Origin: a virus
DNA: 64,000 bases
Strand: one strand, 5' to 3'
IMG/VR virus record: IMGVR_UViG_3300043570_000998
Coordinates: 25,843-89,842 of that record
Made by a program: the position numbers and the translations under genes. Position 1 is the stretch's first letter. Each line of letters begins with the position of its first letter. The notes under the pieces are model-generated. The model saw only the letters and a list, made by a program, of their open reading frames with translations. It was not told the DNA's origin and did not search any database. Shown piece after piece: positions 1 to 11,289 of the stretch.

Positions 1-2
1 TG

Positions 3-2609
3 GCAAAAAATGCTAATGCTGCTGCAATATCTCTAGAACAGCTATATGCAACTGCAAGAGCATCTGCAACACAAGAATTGCGTCAGGCACTTGATACTGC
101 ACATACAACTCCAGGAGAGTTAAGATTTCAATCAAGTAGGCAGGGAAATCAAAAGTTCCCAGAAAGATTTAAAGGACTTTTAGCAAAGCAAGCAGAAACT
201 GAATCAAAAAACTTTAGTTCACAGCTAGAACGTTTTGCTCAAACAGCATCTCCATCAAAACGTACAAAAAAAGTTGCAAAAGATACTGTTGATGGCTATG
301 TTCAAGGTCTAAAAGAAGGAGAAAGCCAGATAAGAAAAGCTGGTAGAACAACAGGACGACGTGTAACACAAGCTACTGGTGGACCAATTGTTGTTGATCA
401 AACAGGAACTCAAGCAATGCCTACAGCAACCAGAAAGCCAAGACGTGCCACACGAGCACAAGGATCTCCTGGACCAATAGTATACTCTCCAGATAATATG
501 TTTGGTCCAGAGCCAGCTCCTAAGAAAAAGCCAGGACGTATTGCTAGTGCTGTTAAGGGTATGGGTGGTATGGGAGCAGGTATGGGTGTTGCTATGGCTG
601 GTGGAGCATTAGCTATCGTCCCTGGTCTTGAGGGGCTAGGAACTGCTGCAGGTCTTGCTGGTAGTGCAATGATGATGATTCCTGGACCAATTGGAATTGT
701 GGTTGCTGCCCTCATAGGATTTGTTGGTATTATAATGTCTGTAAAAGATGCGGTAGACAAACAAAAACAAGCAGCTATTGATCTTGCAAACGCTCAAATA
801 ATGAGTATGGAAAAACTTAATACAATGGCTGAAGATTTTGGAACTGTTAGTGCAACAGAGGCAAGGGTAGCAGCAGAAGATGCCGCTGCCGCAGGAGTTT
901 CTGAAAAACAAATGTCTGCTGGCACACAATATCTTACAGAAATGGTTAGTGGTCAACAGTTTGTTTCAGATGTAAAAACACAACAAGCTGCTGGAATATC
1001 TTCTGCAGAAATTGGAAAAAATGTTGCTGCAGATATGGCTACTGCTGTTGCACAAGGTGTTGTAACTCAGGAACAGGCTACAGAAATTATTGCTGCTCTT
1101 GGTTCTATGGTTGGAGACCGTGCAATTACTGCTGGGGCTTCTCAGCAATTTGGAACCTATATGGAAGATCCTACAAAGGCTTCTGGTTTGATTGGTCAGG
1201 ATAGGCTTACTCAACTACAAGGACAGTTTGGTGCTGCATCTCAGACAACAACCACTGCAGGTGGAAAAGGTGTTGTAACAACTATGGCAGATCCAAATGC
1301 TGCTTTAGGAGCAGTCTCTGCAACAATGAGTGCTTACGGTCAAACTGTTGGCGGTGTTGATGCAATTAATGCACAGTATGATGCTAAAGTAGCAGAGGCA
1401 ACAACTCTAAAAGAAATTAATGCACTAGAGGCACAAAGGACTATAGATGTTAATGCTCAAAGAGATCTTGCAGCAGCAACATATGCTGAACTTGAAAAAC
1501 AAAAAACTGCAATTGGTGCTGTAAAGTTTAATGAAGCATTCTTAAAGTCATTCGACAAAGATAGTGAAGCATACAAAACAGCAGAAAAGATTAATGCCCT
1601 TGAGGATAGTGAGTTTAAAACACAATTCCAAGCAGATTTTGCTGGTGGAAATATGAGCCAGGCAACTGCAGAAGCACTTGTTTTGCGTGGTAATAAAGGC
1701 GTTACAGCACATTATAAGATTAAAGCAAATGTTTCAATTAGCAAACAAGATGCTGCAATGCTAAACAGACTAGAAGAACAGTATGGTACTGGTGTTACTG
1801 GTGGTACTACGCCGCCAAAAAAGAAAAAGAAAAAAGAACCTGTTACTACTACTGGTGATAGTGGATCAGGAGCACCACCAGAAGATAAAAAACTTGCTAA
1901 ATATAATAAAAAACTTGACAAACAACAAAAAGCACTTAGTGTCATTAATCTAGAAGAAGATGCAATTAACAAAAAATACCAAGACCGTGCAAAAGCTCTT
2001 GAGGATATTGCAAAGCTTAATGAAAGAATTGCACAGGGACAAAAAGATCAGCTTGCGGTTGCAAATGCTTTGGCTTCTGGAGATATTGCTGCTGCAGCAA
2101 GTGCTGTGCAGTCTGCAAGAGAATCTTCAGCACAACAATCTGCACAAGCACAAAAAGAAGGACTTGACAAAGCAAAACAAAATGAATTAGATGCAGTTTC
2201 ATTTGGTGGAATGACAAGAAAATCGCTAGAAGCTTCTATGGCAGCTTTACAAATGGCAATAGCTAGAAGAGAATACAAGTTAGCATCTAGCGGAGGTATG
2301 ATGAGGGGATACTCTGTTGGTGGTAAGGTTATGTCATACTTTGCTGCTGGTGGAAAGCCACGAGGAAGTGATACAATCCCTGCTATGCTTACTCCTGGAG
2401 AGTTTGTTGTTAAACGACCTGCCGTGCAAAATTTTGGGGTAAAGAACCTACAAGCAATCAATAGTGGTAAATCTCCTAACGCTTCAGTGTATAATTATAG
2501 TGTGACCGTTAATGCTGGAAGTAATGCAAATGCAGATCAAATTGCAAGCACCGTTATGTCTAAGATTAAAAAGGTAGAAGGATATAGGATTAGGGGAAAT
2601 AGTCAATAA
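3..2609 (+). CDS. Tail tape measure protein, C-terminal part (5' truncated by window)
   Basis: Frame open from position 3; long Ala/Gly-rich helical protein with hydrophobic stretch; C-terminal GGKPRGSDTIPAMLTPGEFVV motif typical of tape-measure ends; precedes minor tail genes. Confidence 0.85.
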   Translation, partial: AKNANAAAISLEQLYATARASATQELRQALDTAHTTPGELRFQSSRQGNQKFPERFKGLLAKQAETESKNFSSQLERFAQTASPSKRTKKVAKDTVDGYVQGLKEGESQIRKAGRTTGRRVTQATGGPIVVDQTGTQAMPTATRKPRRATRAQGSPGPIVYSPDNMFGPEPAPKKKPGRIASAVKGMGGMGAGMGVAMAGGALAIVPGLEGLGTAAGLAGSAMMMIPGPIGIVVAALIGFVGIIMSVKDAVDKQKQAAIDLANAQIMSMEKLNTMAEDFGTVSATEARVAAEDAAAAGVSEKQMSAGTQYLTEMVSGQQFVSDVKTQQAAGISSAEIGKNVAADMATAVAQGVVTQEQATEIIAALGSMVGDRAITAGASQQFGTYMEDPTKASGLIGQDRLTQLQGQFGAASQTTTTAGGKGVVTTMADPNAALGAVSATMSAYGQTVGGVDAINAQYDAKVAEATTLKEINALEAQRTIDVNAQRDLAAATYAELEKQKTAIGAVKFNEAFLKSFDKDSEAYKTAEKINALEDSEFKTQFQADFAGGNMSQATAEALVLRGNKGVTAHYKIKANVSISKQDAAMLNRLEEQYGTGVTGGTTPPKKKKKKEPVTTTGDSGSGAPPEDKKLAKYNKKLDKQQKALSVINLEEDAINKKYQDRAKALEDIAKLNERIAQGQKDQLAVANALASGDIAAAASAVQSARESSAQQSAQAQKEGLDKAKQNELDAVSFGGMTRKSLEASMAALQMAIARREYKLASSGGMMRGYSVGGKVMSYFAAGGKPRGSDTIPAMLTPGEFVVKRPAVQNFGVKNLQAINSGKSPNASVYNYSVTVNAGSNANADQIASTVMSKIKKVEGYRIRGNSQ

Positions 2610-3505
2610 TGGCAACATATACATATTTAGACGCTCGTCAAAAATACAGTCGTCCACAGGCGATGCTTTGGTCTGACAATGCAGGACGTGAAGATGTAAA
2701 CAATGGCAACAAAATTGTTCCATATGGATACGAAGTTAATGCAGCTACTGGTGCTGGATCTGGCGTAACAATTACTACCCAAGATCCAATTAATGCCTTT
2801 ATGATACTTCCAGACCACAACAGGAGTCCTATTGATGTACAAATAGAAAGACTTGGACAACAGCAAAGAATGGTAAATGGTCGTATGCGTTCATTCTATA
2901 ATGCAGACAAAAAGAGTATATCTCTTTCTTGGGAAATGCTTCCGTCAAGATCTTTTGTTAGTCCCCCAAACTTTGAGGCAAGAGTTGGATCTATTACAGC
3001 TGTGTCTGGAAATGGAACAACAATAACTTATACAGCAAACGGAGATTTTTGTAATTCATTAACTGCAAATATAACTACGGTAAATATAACTGGAATTCTT
3101 CCAACAACATATAATCTTAGTAACGCATTGGTTACAGCAGCAAATGCAACAACGTTTTCTGTGACTAGCAATGTTACTACTACTGTTACCTTGGCAACTG
3201 GTACTGTAACATCTACAGAAATTGGAACATCACCAGTTGCAACAAATCCATCTAATCAATACATTGTCGATGGAGGTGCAGGAGCAGTCGATATCCTTGA
3301 CTGGTATGAAAAACATACTGGTCCATTTTACGTCTATCTTGCATATGATAAACTTGATAATTTTTCTGGTAACGATTACAACAGACTTAATGAATATAAC
3401 GAAGTTATTGAAATGTATATTACAAGTTTTTCTTATGACATTGCTAGACGCGGCAGCAATAACTATGATTTTTGGAATATCTCTGTTACGTTGGAAGAGG
3501 TATAA
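2609..3505 (+). CDS. Minor tail protein (distal-tail-like) with inserted Thr-rich beta module
   Basis: Directly after tape measure; RMVNGRMRS and C-terminal WNISVTLEEV motifs. Confidence 0.65.
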   Translation: MATYTYLDARQKYSRPQAMLWSDNAGREDVNNGNKIVPYGYEVNAATGAGSGVTITTQDPINAFMILPDHNRSPIDVQIERLGQQQRMVNGRMRSFYNADKKSISLSWEMLPSRSFVSPPNFEARVGSITAVSGNGTTITYTANGDFCNSLTANITTVNITGILPTTYNLSNALVTAANATTFSVTSNVTTTVTLATGTVTSTEIGTSPVATNPSNQYIVDGGAGAVDILDWYEKHTGPFYVYLAYDKLDNFSGNDYNRLNEYNEVIEMYITSFSYDIARRGSNNYDFWNISVTLEEV

Positions 3506-6500
3506 TGTATAACAATGCATCACTAAACACTCATTTAAAAAGTCAATCGGTTATTGAGTCTCAGGCAGGTATTTATGCAGAAATAAATATGAACTCTGCA
3601 GAAAATATTAAAGTTATTGGAAACTATCGCAACAGACCAGTAGTTCCTGAGACTATTAAAAGTACTTTTGTAGAAGAAACAGCCTCAACTCCAGCAGTGG
3701 ATGCAAAATATTTTGGCTATACCGACTCAGACGTTGTTGTTGATGGAGCGTCAGTTTCTGATGCTAACGTACCGCTTGCTTACGCATCAATTGATGAAAA
3801 GAAAAACTTGTTATTTTCTCTTGAGGATTGTTTTGGTCGTTTTCGTCCACGATCTGGAATCAATAAAGCAGTATTTTATGGTGGTGTTGGTGGACACTAT
3901 CTTCATCACACAAATCAGTTTATGATGAATCGTCCACGATATTATATGCCAAGTAAAAACGATCCATTTAAATACTGGACATCTTTTAGAAAAGAAGCAG
4001 TAACGTCTGGAACATCAACAGTTGAGGTTGAACGAGGAATTTCAAATAAACTTAAAGCAGGAACATCTGAATGGTATATTGATGATGTTGCACCATTTAT
4101 TGTTTATAAAGAAACAATACCAGTAAATAGAATCATTCTTAAAATGCAAACTCACGTTGGTACAGTTGATCTTGGTGCTAAATATGACGGTGTAAGTTTA
4201 GTAACAGATCCACTTTATGATATAGAAAATACTGCAACAAATAGATCAGTTCCAATTGGATGGAAAATTGAATACCTTGACGGAGCAGACAGTACTTGGA
4301 AAACAGCAAAAGCCTTTACCAGTGCAAACACACCAATTCCAAGAGACGGATATCTTGAGCTTCAATATCAATCAGGAGTTTGGTCTGTGGCAACAACAGA
4401 GACAACCTCCTCAACACCATTCTTTACGGAATTTAGTAATAGCTCTTCCTCACAAATAATGTATATTAAGGGTCTAAGAGTGGTTGTAGACACAATGAAT
4501 AAAAAAGACGCAACCTTTGATCTTATTGAATTATCTCCAAGACTATCAATGGACATAACTGATCTTACAGTAGACTATAACATTAGCAAAATTGCTTCAG
4601 ATCTTGGTGTAAGCGGAATGCCAGTTGGTCAACTGCTCGCCTCAACAGGATCAATTACTATAGCTGACTATGACCAGGTATTAAATTTAAACAATACTGC
4701 TAGTGTTATTGCAAAGTATGTTAAGCGTAATGTACAAATTAAGTTCTTTGAGATTATTGAAAAAGTTCCAGTAACAGTAGAAGGAACTACAACACTGCAA
4801 TCTTTTTATGTTCCGTTAAAAACATTATATGTAGAATCATTTCCAGAAATTAAAAATGAAACTCGTATGGCAAGTCTTCAACTTAGAGACCTATACGTAT
4901 ATCTAGAGTCATTGACAGCCCCAGAACTTTTAATTACAAATACATCACTTAGCTATGCCCTTGCTATGATATTTGACTCAATAGGTTTTTCAAATTATCT
5001 TTATTTAAAATCTGACAGTGACAAAGAACCAATTATTCCAAACTTCTTTGTTGCTCCAAATACAACTGTGGCACAAGTATTACAAAGCCTGGCAATTGCA
5101 ACACAAACGTCTATGTTCTTTGACGAGGATAACAACTTTGTCTTTATGAGTAAAAGCTATATGCTTGCAAATCCTGGAGACAGACTTGGAGACGCAAATG
5201 CTGCATCAGAAATTAACTCAGTTCTATATGGAACAATGGATAGCGAAAAAACTAAGGTATATACTAACAAGCCGACTACAGCAAACTTAGCAAATATTAT
5301 TGAAATAAGTAGTAAGAAGGATAACGTATATAATGATGGAAAAATTTCATACAAGTCTCGTTATATTCAAAAGAGTTATACGGAAACACGACAAGCAAGC
5401 CTAATAGATGAAGAAAAAGTCTGGCAGTATAAGCCAGCATTATTATGGGAAGTGGCTCCAGGAGAAACAACTAAATCCATCAATGAGGAAAAAGCTTCAC
5501 AGTCTGCATATTCTCTTTCAGCAATACCACTTAACTCTACACTAACAAGCACAGCTCCCACAGTTACTGGCGGTGTTGTTATAAATAATACAATGGATCT
5601 TGGAGAAGGTATTTATTGGATTAGTAGATACAACGGTTACTTTTATGCTAACAGTGAGATCATTCGTTATGATGCGGTAGAATATAGTATTCCCCAGCCA
5701 TCACAAACTGACATTCTTGAAACTACCGCAAATCTTGCTGCTGGAAATGTTGTTACTGTAGCAAGTACTGCAACTCTTCAGGTTGGTCAAAAACTTTCTA
5801 AAATATCTGGTGATGGTGCATTCGGTGCAGGAGCAAAAGTTGCCAGTATTACAAATGCAACATCGTTTATAACAACAGTAAGTCATTCAGTAACAGGTGA
5901 TGGGAAAACAGTTAAATTTGTAGGTCGTTCTGCAATAACAAACTATTGGATTAGCAGTCAAGAAGAATATCAAAAATACTTTGCAAGAATTCCATTTAAT
6001 GGAAAGATGTACCCTACTGGTCGTGTAAGAATTTATTCAGAACCAAACTATACAGATGATACTACTTTAGCAGAAGGTGCTGTTGCTCGTCACGGACGAG
6101 GACAGTTTGGATCTACTATTTCAGAGCATAGAGTTGGGCTTCCATCGTGGGTTACAGATAATACTGGCACAACTATTGCTGGGTGTGAAATGAGATCAGA
6201 ACTACTTTTTAATGATAAGGTAACAACATCTTTTAAGATTTCTACGCTTACAGCTCAGCCGACTGGACCAACAGCAAAAGTTCACGTTGACTCTGCCTAT
6301 AGAAAATATTTAAGGGTTGGTCAGAGTGTATCTGGAACTGGTATCCCCTCTGGTGCAAAAATTTCTGTAATTATTGCTCAAGGTTTTAAAATGAATAAGA
6401 ATAGAACATCAGCTCCCAGAAATGTAAACTTAACTATATCTGGCATAAACGTATATGATAGTAGCTTAATTACAACAGAGACTGGTAAATCTGGATTTGT

Positions 6501-8208
6501 TGATACTTCATTAACAAAAGACTCAACAAGCATTGCAAAAAAATCTTCTCGTACATCAATCATTCGAAATTTTATGAGCAGTGCTTACTATTCTGAGAAC
6601 ACACTTAATTCTTTAAAATCTACACAGACAGGAACTATTCAATCTTCTGGACTAGTTATGACTGGAACAACTTTAGACAAGCCTATGGATTTTATATCTT
6701 ATGTTCAAAAAGATTTAAATGATAAAATGTATACCCACTTTGGAACTAGGGTAAGAATTATTGGTGTTGCAGAAAATAATAGCAGCGTTTATCAAACACC
6801 AAGCGGATCTAGCGACTATTATTCACTTACCTCTACAGATGGAACAAACTCTACAACTATTAAGGGTGCGTCTGGAGGAATTGGTGTGCTTGTAAATAGG
6901 AATTATAATAGTGGTTATTTCTTTGAAATAGCTGCACTATCAGTTAACAACACAGAAGCATATGGCGATACAAATGATTTATTTAATGTTGTTTTTTATA
7001 AAACTAAAAAAGAAACTGGCTCAACAGATATAGCTAAATCTATTCCAATTAAACTTTGGACAGGAAGAACAAACATCCTAGTAGATGATGGAAGATTTAC
7101 TGGTCAGTATAGGGTAAGTGGTGAAACAAATCCAACAGTCTACGACCTTGCGGTAGAGTATGAAGTATTAAAAGATGGAGCTTTACACTTTTATCTTTAC
7201 ATTAATAATAGAATGGTTGGATCAGTTATTGATACAGATCCAATTCCAGCAACACATAGACAAAATAACTTATCACTATTTGTTCGTGGTAGCTCAAAAC
7301 TAATTTTTGAAAATGCCTATGCGTTAAAGCCAAATGAATCAGCTAACTATGTTAATGCTTCAGAGGCAGTTCTTAATGGTGCATCAAGTATAAATAAAGA
7401 ATATGAAGTAGATGATGCATTTAGAAGATATGCCCTACCAGAAGCAATCCAGAATACGTATTTGTCAAAGTTGAGTCCAATAGGACCTAGAGGAAATGAT
7501 CTGTACTTTGAAGAGTTTGGAACAATTATGCGTGAGTGTGCATATTTTGATATTAAATATGATAAGGCATACCCCACTCTATATGCAAAGATTGCACCTA
7601 CGTTTAATAAACTAAGGGGGTATGCAGTTTCTGGATTTGTTGCAGGTGCATATGGTGCAGAATTCCTTATATTTAATACAACAGATAAAGCTATTAGCCT
7701 AGATAGTTCGAGTGGTAATTACTTAAGAATTCTTGGCGTAACGTTTACCCAGGAATCAACGCACGATTACTCAGTTGACGAATACTTTCAACAGAAAGCA
7801 GATCTTTCAGATCCTGCTATGTATAAAAATACTGTAACAAATCAACCACTAACAAACAAGCGTAACTATTTATCAATTAAAAATAGTAGAATGACATATG
7901 GTAATAATGAGTTTAATATTTCTTCAGACTATATTCAAAGTCAAGATGCCGCAGAAGACCTGATGGGATGGATGATTTCTAAAATTATGCAACCAAGAAT
8001 TTCTGCTGGTATATCTATATTCCCAAATCCAGCATTACAGCTTGGAGACATTGTTACAATTAATTATAAGACTGGCAATACCCTTATCGATGAAATTGCA
8101 GGAACGTCTTCACGTTTTGTAATCTATAACATTGAATATTCAAGAAACTCATCTGGTCCAACTATGACAATATATGTTAGTCAGATTGCTTCGGAGGTGG
8201 CGGCATAA
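3505..8208 (+). CDS. Large minor tail / baseplate hub protein
   Basis: ~1570 aa; ATG overlaps previous stop (TAATG); C-terminal NPALQLGDIVTI motif typical of hub proteins. Confidence 0.65.
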   Translation: MYNNASLNTHLKSQSVIESQAGIYAEINMNSAENIKVIGNYRNRPVVPETIKSTFVEETASTPAVDAKYFGYTDSDVVVDGASVSDANVPLAYASIDEKKNLLFSLEDCFGRFRPRSGINKAVFYGGVGGHYLHHTNQFMMNRPRYYMPSKNDPFKYWTSFRKEAVTSGTSTVEVERGISNKLKAGTSEWYIDDVAPFIVYKETIPVNRIILKMQTHVGTVDLGAKYDGVSLVTDPLYDIENTATNRSVPIGWKIEYLDGADSTWKTAKAFTSANTPIPRDGYLELQYQSGVWSVATTETTSSTPFFTEFSNSSSSQIMYIKGLRVVVDTMNKKDATFDLIELSPRLSMDITDLTVDYNISKIASDLGVSGMPVGQLLASTGSITIADYDQVLNLNNTASVIAKYVKRNVQIKFFEIIEKVPVTVEGTTTLQSFYVPLKTLYVESFPEIKNETRMASLQLRDLYVYLESLTAPELLITNTSLSYALAMIFDSIGFSNYLYLKSDSDKEPIIPNFFVAPNTTVAQVLQSLAIATQTSMFFDEDNNFVFMSKSYMLANPGDRLGDANAASEINSVLYGTMDSEKTKVYTNKPTTANLANIIEISSKKDNVYNDGKISYKSRYIQKSYTETRQASLIDEEKVWQYKPALLWEVAPGETTKSINEEKASQSAYSLSAIPLNSTLTSTAPTVTGGVVINNTMDLGEGIYWISRYNGYFYANSEIIRYDAVEYSIPQPSQTDILETTANLAAGNVVTVASTATLQVGQKLSKISGDGAFGAGAKVASITNATSFITTVSHSVTGDGKTVKFVGRSAITNYWISSQEEYQKYFARIPFNGKMYPTGRVRIYSEPNYTDDTTLAEGAVARHGRGQFGSTISEHRVGLPSWVTDNTGTTIAGCEMRSELLFNDKVTTSFKISTLTAQPTGPTAKVHVDSAYRKYLRVGQSVSGTGIPSGAKISVIIAQGFKMNKNRTSAPRNVNLTISGINVYDSSLITTETGKSGFVDTSLTKDSTSIAKKSSRTSIIRNFMSSAYYSENTLNSLKSTQTGTIQSSGLVMTGTTLDKPMDFISYVQKDLNDKMYTHFGTRVRIIGVAENNSSVYQTPSGSSDYYSLTSTDGTNSTTIKGASGGIGVLVNRNYNSGYFFEIAALSVNNTEAYGDTNDLFNVVFYKTKKETGSTDIAKSIPIKLWTGRTNILVDDGRFTGQYRVSGETNPTVYDLAVEYEVLKDGALHFYLYINNRMVGSVIDTDPIPATHRQNNLSLFVRGSSKLIFENAYALKPNESANYVNASEAVLNGASSINKEYEVDDAFRRYALPEAIQNTYLSKLSPIGPRGNDLYFEEFGTIMRECAYFDIKYDKAYPTLYAKIAPTFNKLRGYAVSGFVAGAYGAEFLIFNTTDKAISLDSSSGNYLRILGVTFTQESTHDYSVDEYFQQKADLSDPAMYKNTVTNQPLTNKRNYLSIKNSRMTYGNNEFNISSDYIQSQDAAEDLMGWMISKIMQPRISAGISIFPNPALQLGDIVTINYKTGNTLIDEIAGTSSRFVIYNIEYSRNSSGPTMTIYVSQIASEVAA

Positions 8209-8690
8209 TGGTAGAAGCAACAAATCAATTTTTACCAGTACCAATTTATGTAACAAATAAAGCTGGAACAAAAACAGCAACACCAGACCTTCTTATTACT
8301 GAAGATCAAATATCAATTGATACAATGGCTGATTATATTTTTCCAATGATTGGTGGACAAGAAATTCTTTCGGTATCAAGATCAGATTTAATTAATAGTC
8401 CACTAAATAATAACTATACCCCAATGCTTGATGCAGGTAGTGCCTTTACAAATGAACTTCCAATTAGATTTATTGACGCATCTCCAAATATTTTTAATAC
8501 ATACCTTATTAATCTTAATGACCACATTCCGCAGGGTACAACATTAAATCCGATAAGCCCAGTAGAGTCCGACACAACAAATGGAACAATAAGCATTAGC
8601 CTAAAGAATCTTAGACCAAACTACCGCACTGAGGTAGAAATTGTAAAAGATGGCAGTATCGTTAGTGGTACAATAGAAGGAGGAGTTTAA
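8208..8690 (+). CDS. Putative minor tail protein
   Basis: Translationally coupled within tail operon. Confidence 0.5.
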   Translation: MVEATNQFLPVPIYVTNKAGTKTATPDLLITEDQISIDTMADYIFPMIGGQEILSVSRSDLINSPLNNNYTPMLDAGSAFTNELPIRFIDASPNIFNTYLINLNDHIPQGTTLNPISPVESDTTNGTISISLKNLRPNYRTEVEIVKDGSIVSGTIEGGV

Positions 8691-10565
8691 ATGATTACAA
8701 ATGACGGAAAGTCCATTGTTGGCAAATATTTAATTAACCAAGCACCAGCATACGCTGGGTTTATTGCTGTTGGTTGTGGGGCAGACCCAAAGCAAACATC
8801 TTCATCCAATATTACATCATTTTCTATTTCTGGTAGCACTGTAACAGTTACTGCAACAAATACCTTTAATGCAAATACGTCAGTCATAGTTTCTATTCCT
8901 GGAAATAGGTTTACTACACTAACCAATATTGCATCTGCCAATACAACAAGTTTTACCTATGCCTATGGGTCTACGCTACCAGCAATTACCAATGCAGTAT
9001 CTTCTGCAAATGTTGTAACCTACACAACAGCAACAGCACACGGATTAAGATCTGGAGATCGTGTAACTGTAGCAAATATTACAGCAGCATACATTGCAAC
9101 AAATGCAACAGTTAATGTTATAAATACAACAAGTTTTTCTACATATGTTGCTGCAAGTGGTACAGCAACTGCAGCAGATGGAGCAGGAGATTTTACTATG
9201 GAATTTACTCCACCAACAAACTCTATAGTTATTAAAGATAATGCAGACAAGACAACTCTTGATTATGAAATGTTTAGAATTCCAATTACTTCAAGAGGGT
9301 TTGATTCTGAATCTGCAATTAATAAAGTTATTCTAACTGGAGAACTTCCTACACAGGATAGATACTTAATGACAGAAATTGGGGTATTCTCTTCTGGAAC
9401 TAATCCCACAGCAACAACATCAGATAGCAGAGCAGTATTTACATTTACTGAAGGAGAAGGCTGGGAACATCACGCAGCAACTTCAGTATTAGTTACAAGT
9501 CCAATCCAGTTTCAATCAAATGTATCTGGAACAGTTAATACTGCAAGTACTTTAACAGCAAGTGAAGATGTATTCACATTGAATTCTACAGACTCAATTT
9601 TTGATGCAGATGCACACAAAATATCAAATGCAAAGCCAAGAAATCTTTCTAATTTTATTGTAGTTAGGACAGATTTATCACAAATAGATACTGCCAATAC
9701 ACTATGGACTGCAACTGGACAGCCACACATTCACCTAACTAATCAAAGATTTGCTTTTGATGCCAACTCATCAATCGATCAACTTAAACTTGCGTTTTCT
9801 GTAATTAATAGAAATCCACTTTCAGGAGCTAATGCTGCAGTTTCCCCAGATAATCTATATGTTATGGTAGAGTTTTCTAGTTCTGAAAGTGAAACAGATT
9901 CTGAAAATCAATATGCAAGAATGCAGCTAACATTAACCTCAACAGATTTTAATAATTCAACTGGAACAAGATATTTTGTTGCAACTAAAACATTTGGAGA
10001 ACTTTTAACAAGTGTTGGATTTACGTGGGACTCAGTAAAGGTTGTTAAGATGTATATTGAGGCAGGAGCAGTATCAACAATAGATAATACAGTTACGTTT
10101 AAAGCTTTGTCTGGCACAGGAAACGTAACCGCAAACCTAACTCTTGGAACTCTTTCGCACAAGTTTGATGTCGGTGATTTTGTAACAGTATCTGGTGTTG
10201 GGTCGCCATTTGATGGAACATTTGTAGTTAATGCTAAGTCCTCAGACGTTAGTAATTCAGCTAACAATTATATTGTATATACTGTTCCAGCTCAAACAAG
10301 TGCTATTGCTAGTACAGCAGTATCTCCTGCTGGAGTAGCATCTTTTCGTGCAAACTATTACGTTCTTTTGGACGGTATGAGATTTGAAAATATTTCCGAT
10401 ATGGAAAATAATCCACTTTATGGTATGACTGCTTATTCAACAATTCAAGGTACAAGTACATTAGCAGATAATGTGACAAGCACAATTGTTCCAGTAACAA
10501 AAGATACCAACACAAACAGTCTTTTGGAGTTTAAGCTAAATCTAGAGCTTAATGCGGAGGGGTAA
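8691..10565 (+). CDS. Putative tail/baseplate protein with repeated beta modules
   Basis: N-terminal MITNDGK...IAVGCG and EIGVFS motifs of tail-collar-like proteins; AHGL..GD.V modules. Confidence 0.6.
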   Translation: MITNDGKSIVGKYLINQAPAYAGFIAVGCGADPKQTSSSNITSFSISGSTVTVTATNTFNANTSVIVSIPGNRFTTLTNIASANTTSFTYAYGSTLPAITNAVSSANVVTYTTATAHGLRSGDRVTVANITAAYIATNATVNVINTTSFSTYVAASGTATAADGAGDFTMEFTPPTNSIVIKDNADKTTLDYEMFRIPITSRGFDSESAINKVILTGELPTQDRYLMTEIGVFSSGTNPTATTSDSRAVFTFTEGEGWEHHAATSVLVTSPIQFQSNVSGTVNTASTLTASEDVFTLNSTDSIFDADAHKISNAKPRNLSNFIVVRTDLSQIDTANTLWTATGQPHIHLTNQRFAFDANSSIDQLKLAFSVINRNPLSGANAAVSPDNLYVMVEFSSSESETDSENQYARMQLTLTSTDFNNSTGTRYFVATKTFGELLTSVGFTWDSVKVVKMYIEAGAVSTIDNTVTFKALSGTGNVTANLTLGTLSHKFDVGDFVTVSGVGSPFDGTFVVNAKSSDVSNSANNYIVYTVPAQTSAIASTAVSPAGVASFRANYYVLLDGMRFENISDMENNPLYGMTAYSTIQGTSTLADNVTSTIVPVTKDTNTNSLLEFKLNLELNAEG

Positions 10566-11260
10566 TGGCTGAAGATATTAAAAAAAGTTTTATCTTTGCA
10601 GATGAACTCCCCTTAGCAGGACCAGGAAATACTCACAGCTTAAGATATAGAATTGTTTCTGACGACGGACTTCAGATTTCTGCTTGGTCCCCAACCTATA
10701 CAGTAGCAGGGCAAACATTTTCTAGCTTAACAGGAAGTCTTGTTGCTGCAAGTACTACAACTTTTCAGGGTACGTGGGACGATGAATTTAACAGACCACT
10801 CTATGACGTATTTGTTGCATTTGGTATTCCAGTAACATATAGATCATTAACAAACAATATTTGTACAATCATTACATCTACAGCACACGGATTTGTTGTA
10901 GGAGATATGGTAAATGTTGCAGGTACTGGGTCTACAAGTATTAATAAAACAGATGCAGTAATTACATCTGTACCAAACACAATAGCAATTCAATATGCAA
11001 ATACTGCTGCTAATGTTGCTAACGCTGCAGCAACAGCTGGAGCATCTGTTCACGGATCAGATTCAGGAACATTGGCTCAATCAAACTATGTATATCACGG
11101 AAGTCCATCTGTACATTCATACTCCTTCCTTGCTGGACCAGATGTGGCAAATTCATCATATTATACTAGTGCTCAATTAGTTGTTCAGGTTGCAGGAATT
11201 AATAAAGAACTTGATAGTACATTGCAAATTTTTAAGTCAGCACGAGTCAATAAAGCCTAA
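10565..11260 (+). CDS. Putative minor tail protein
   Basis: Coupled to upstream gene; LRYRIVS..SAWSP motif plus AHGFVVGD module. Confidence 0.5.
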   Translation: MAEDIKKSFIFADELPLAGPGNTHSLRYRIVSDDGLQISAWSPTYTVAGQTFSSLTGSLVAASTTTFQGTWDDEFNRPLYDVFVAFGIPVTYRSLTNNICTIITSTAHGFVVGDMVNVAGTGSTSINKTDAVITSVPNTIAIQYANTAANVANAAATAGASVHGSDSGTLAQSNYVYHGSPSVHSYSFLAGPDVANSSYYTSAQLVVQVAGINKELDSTLQIFKSARVNKA

Positions 11261-11289
11261 CGTCTGATATAATATTTATAGGAGAAAAA

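Noticed and set aside
1816-1838. A-rich run (PKKKKKKE) as a programmed frameshift
   Set aside because: Frame continues to the expected tape-measure C-terminal motif
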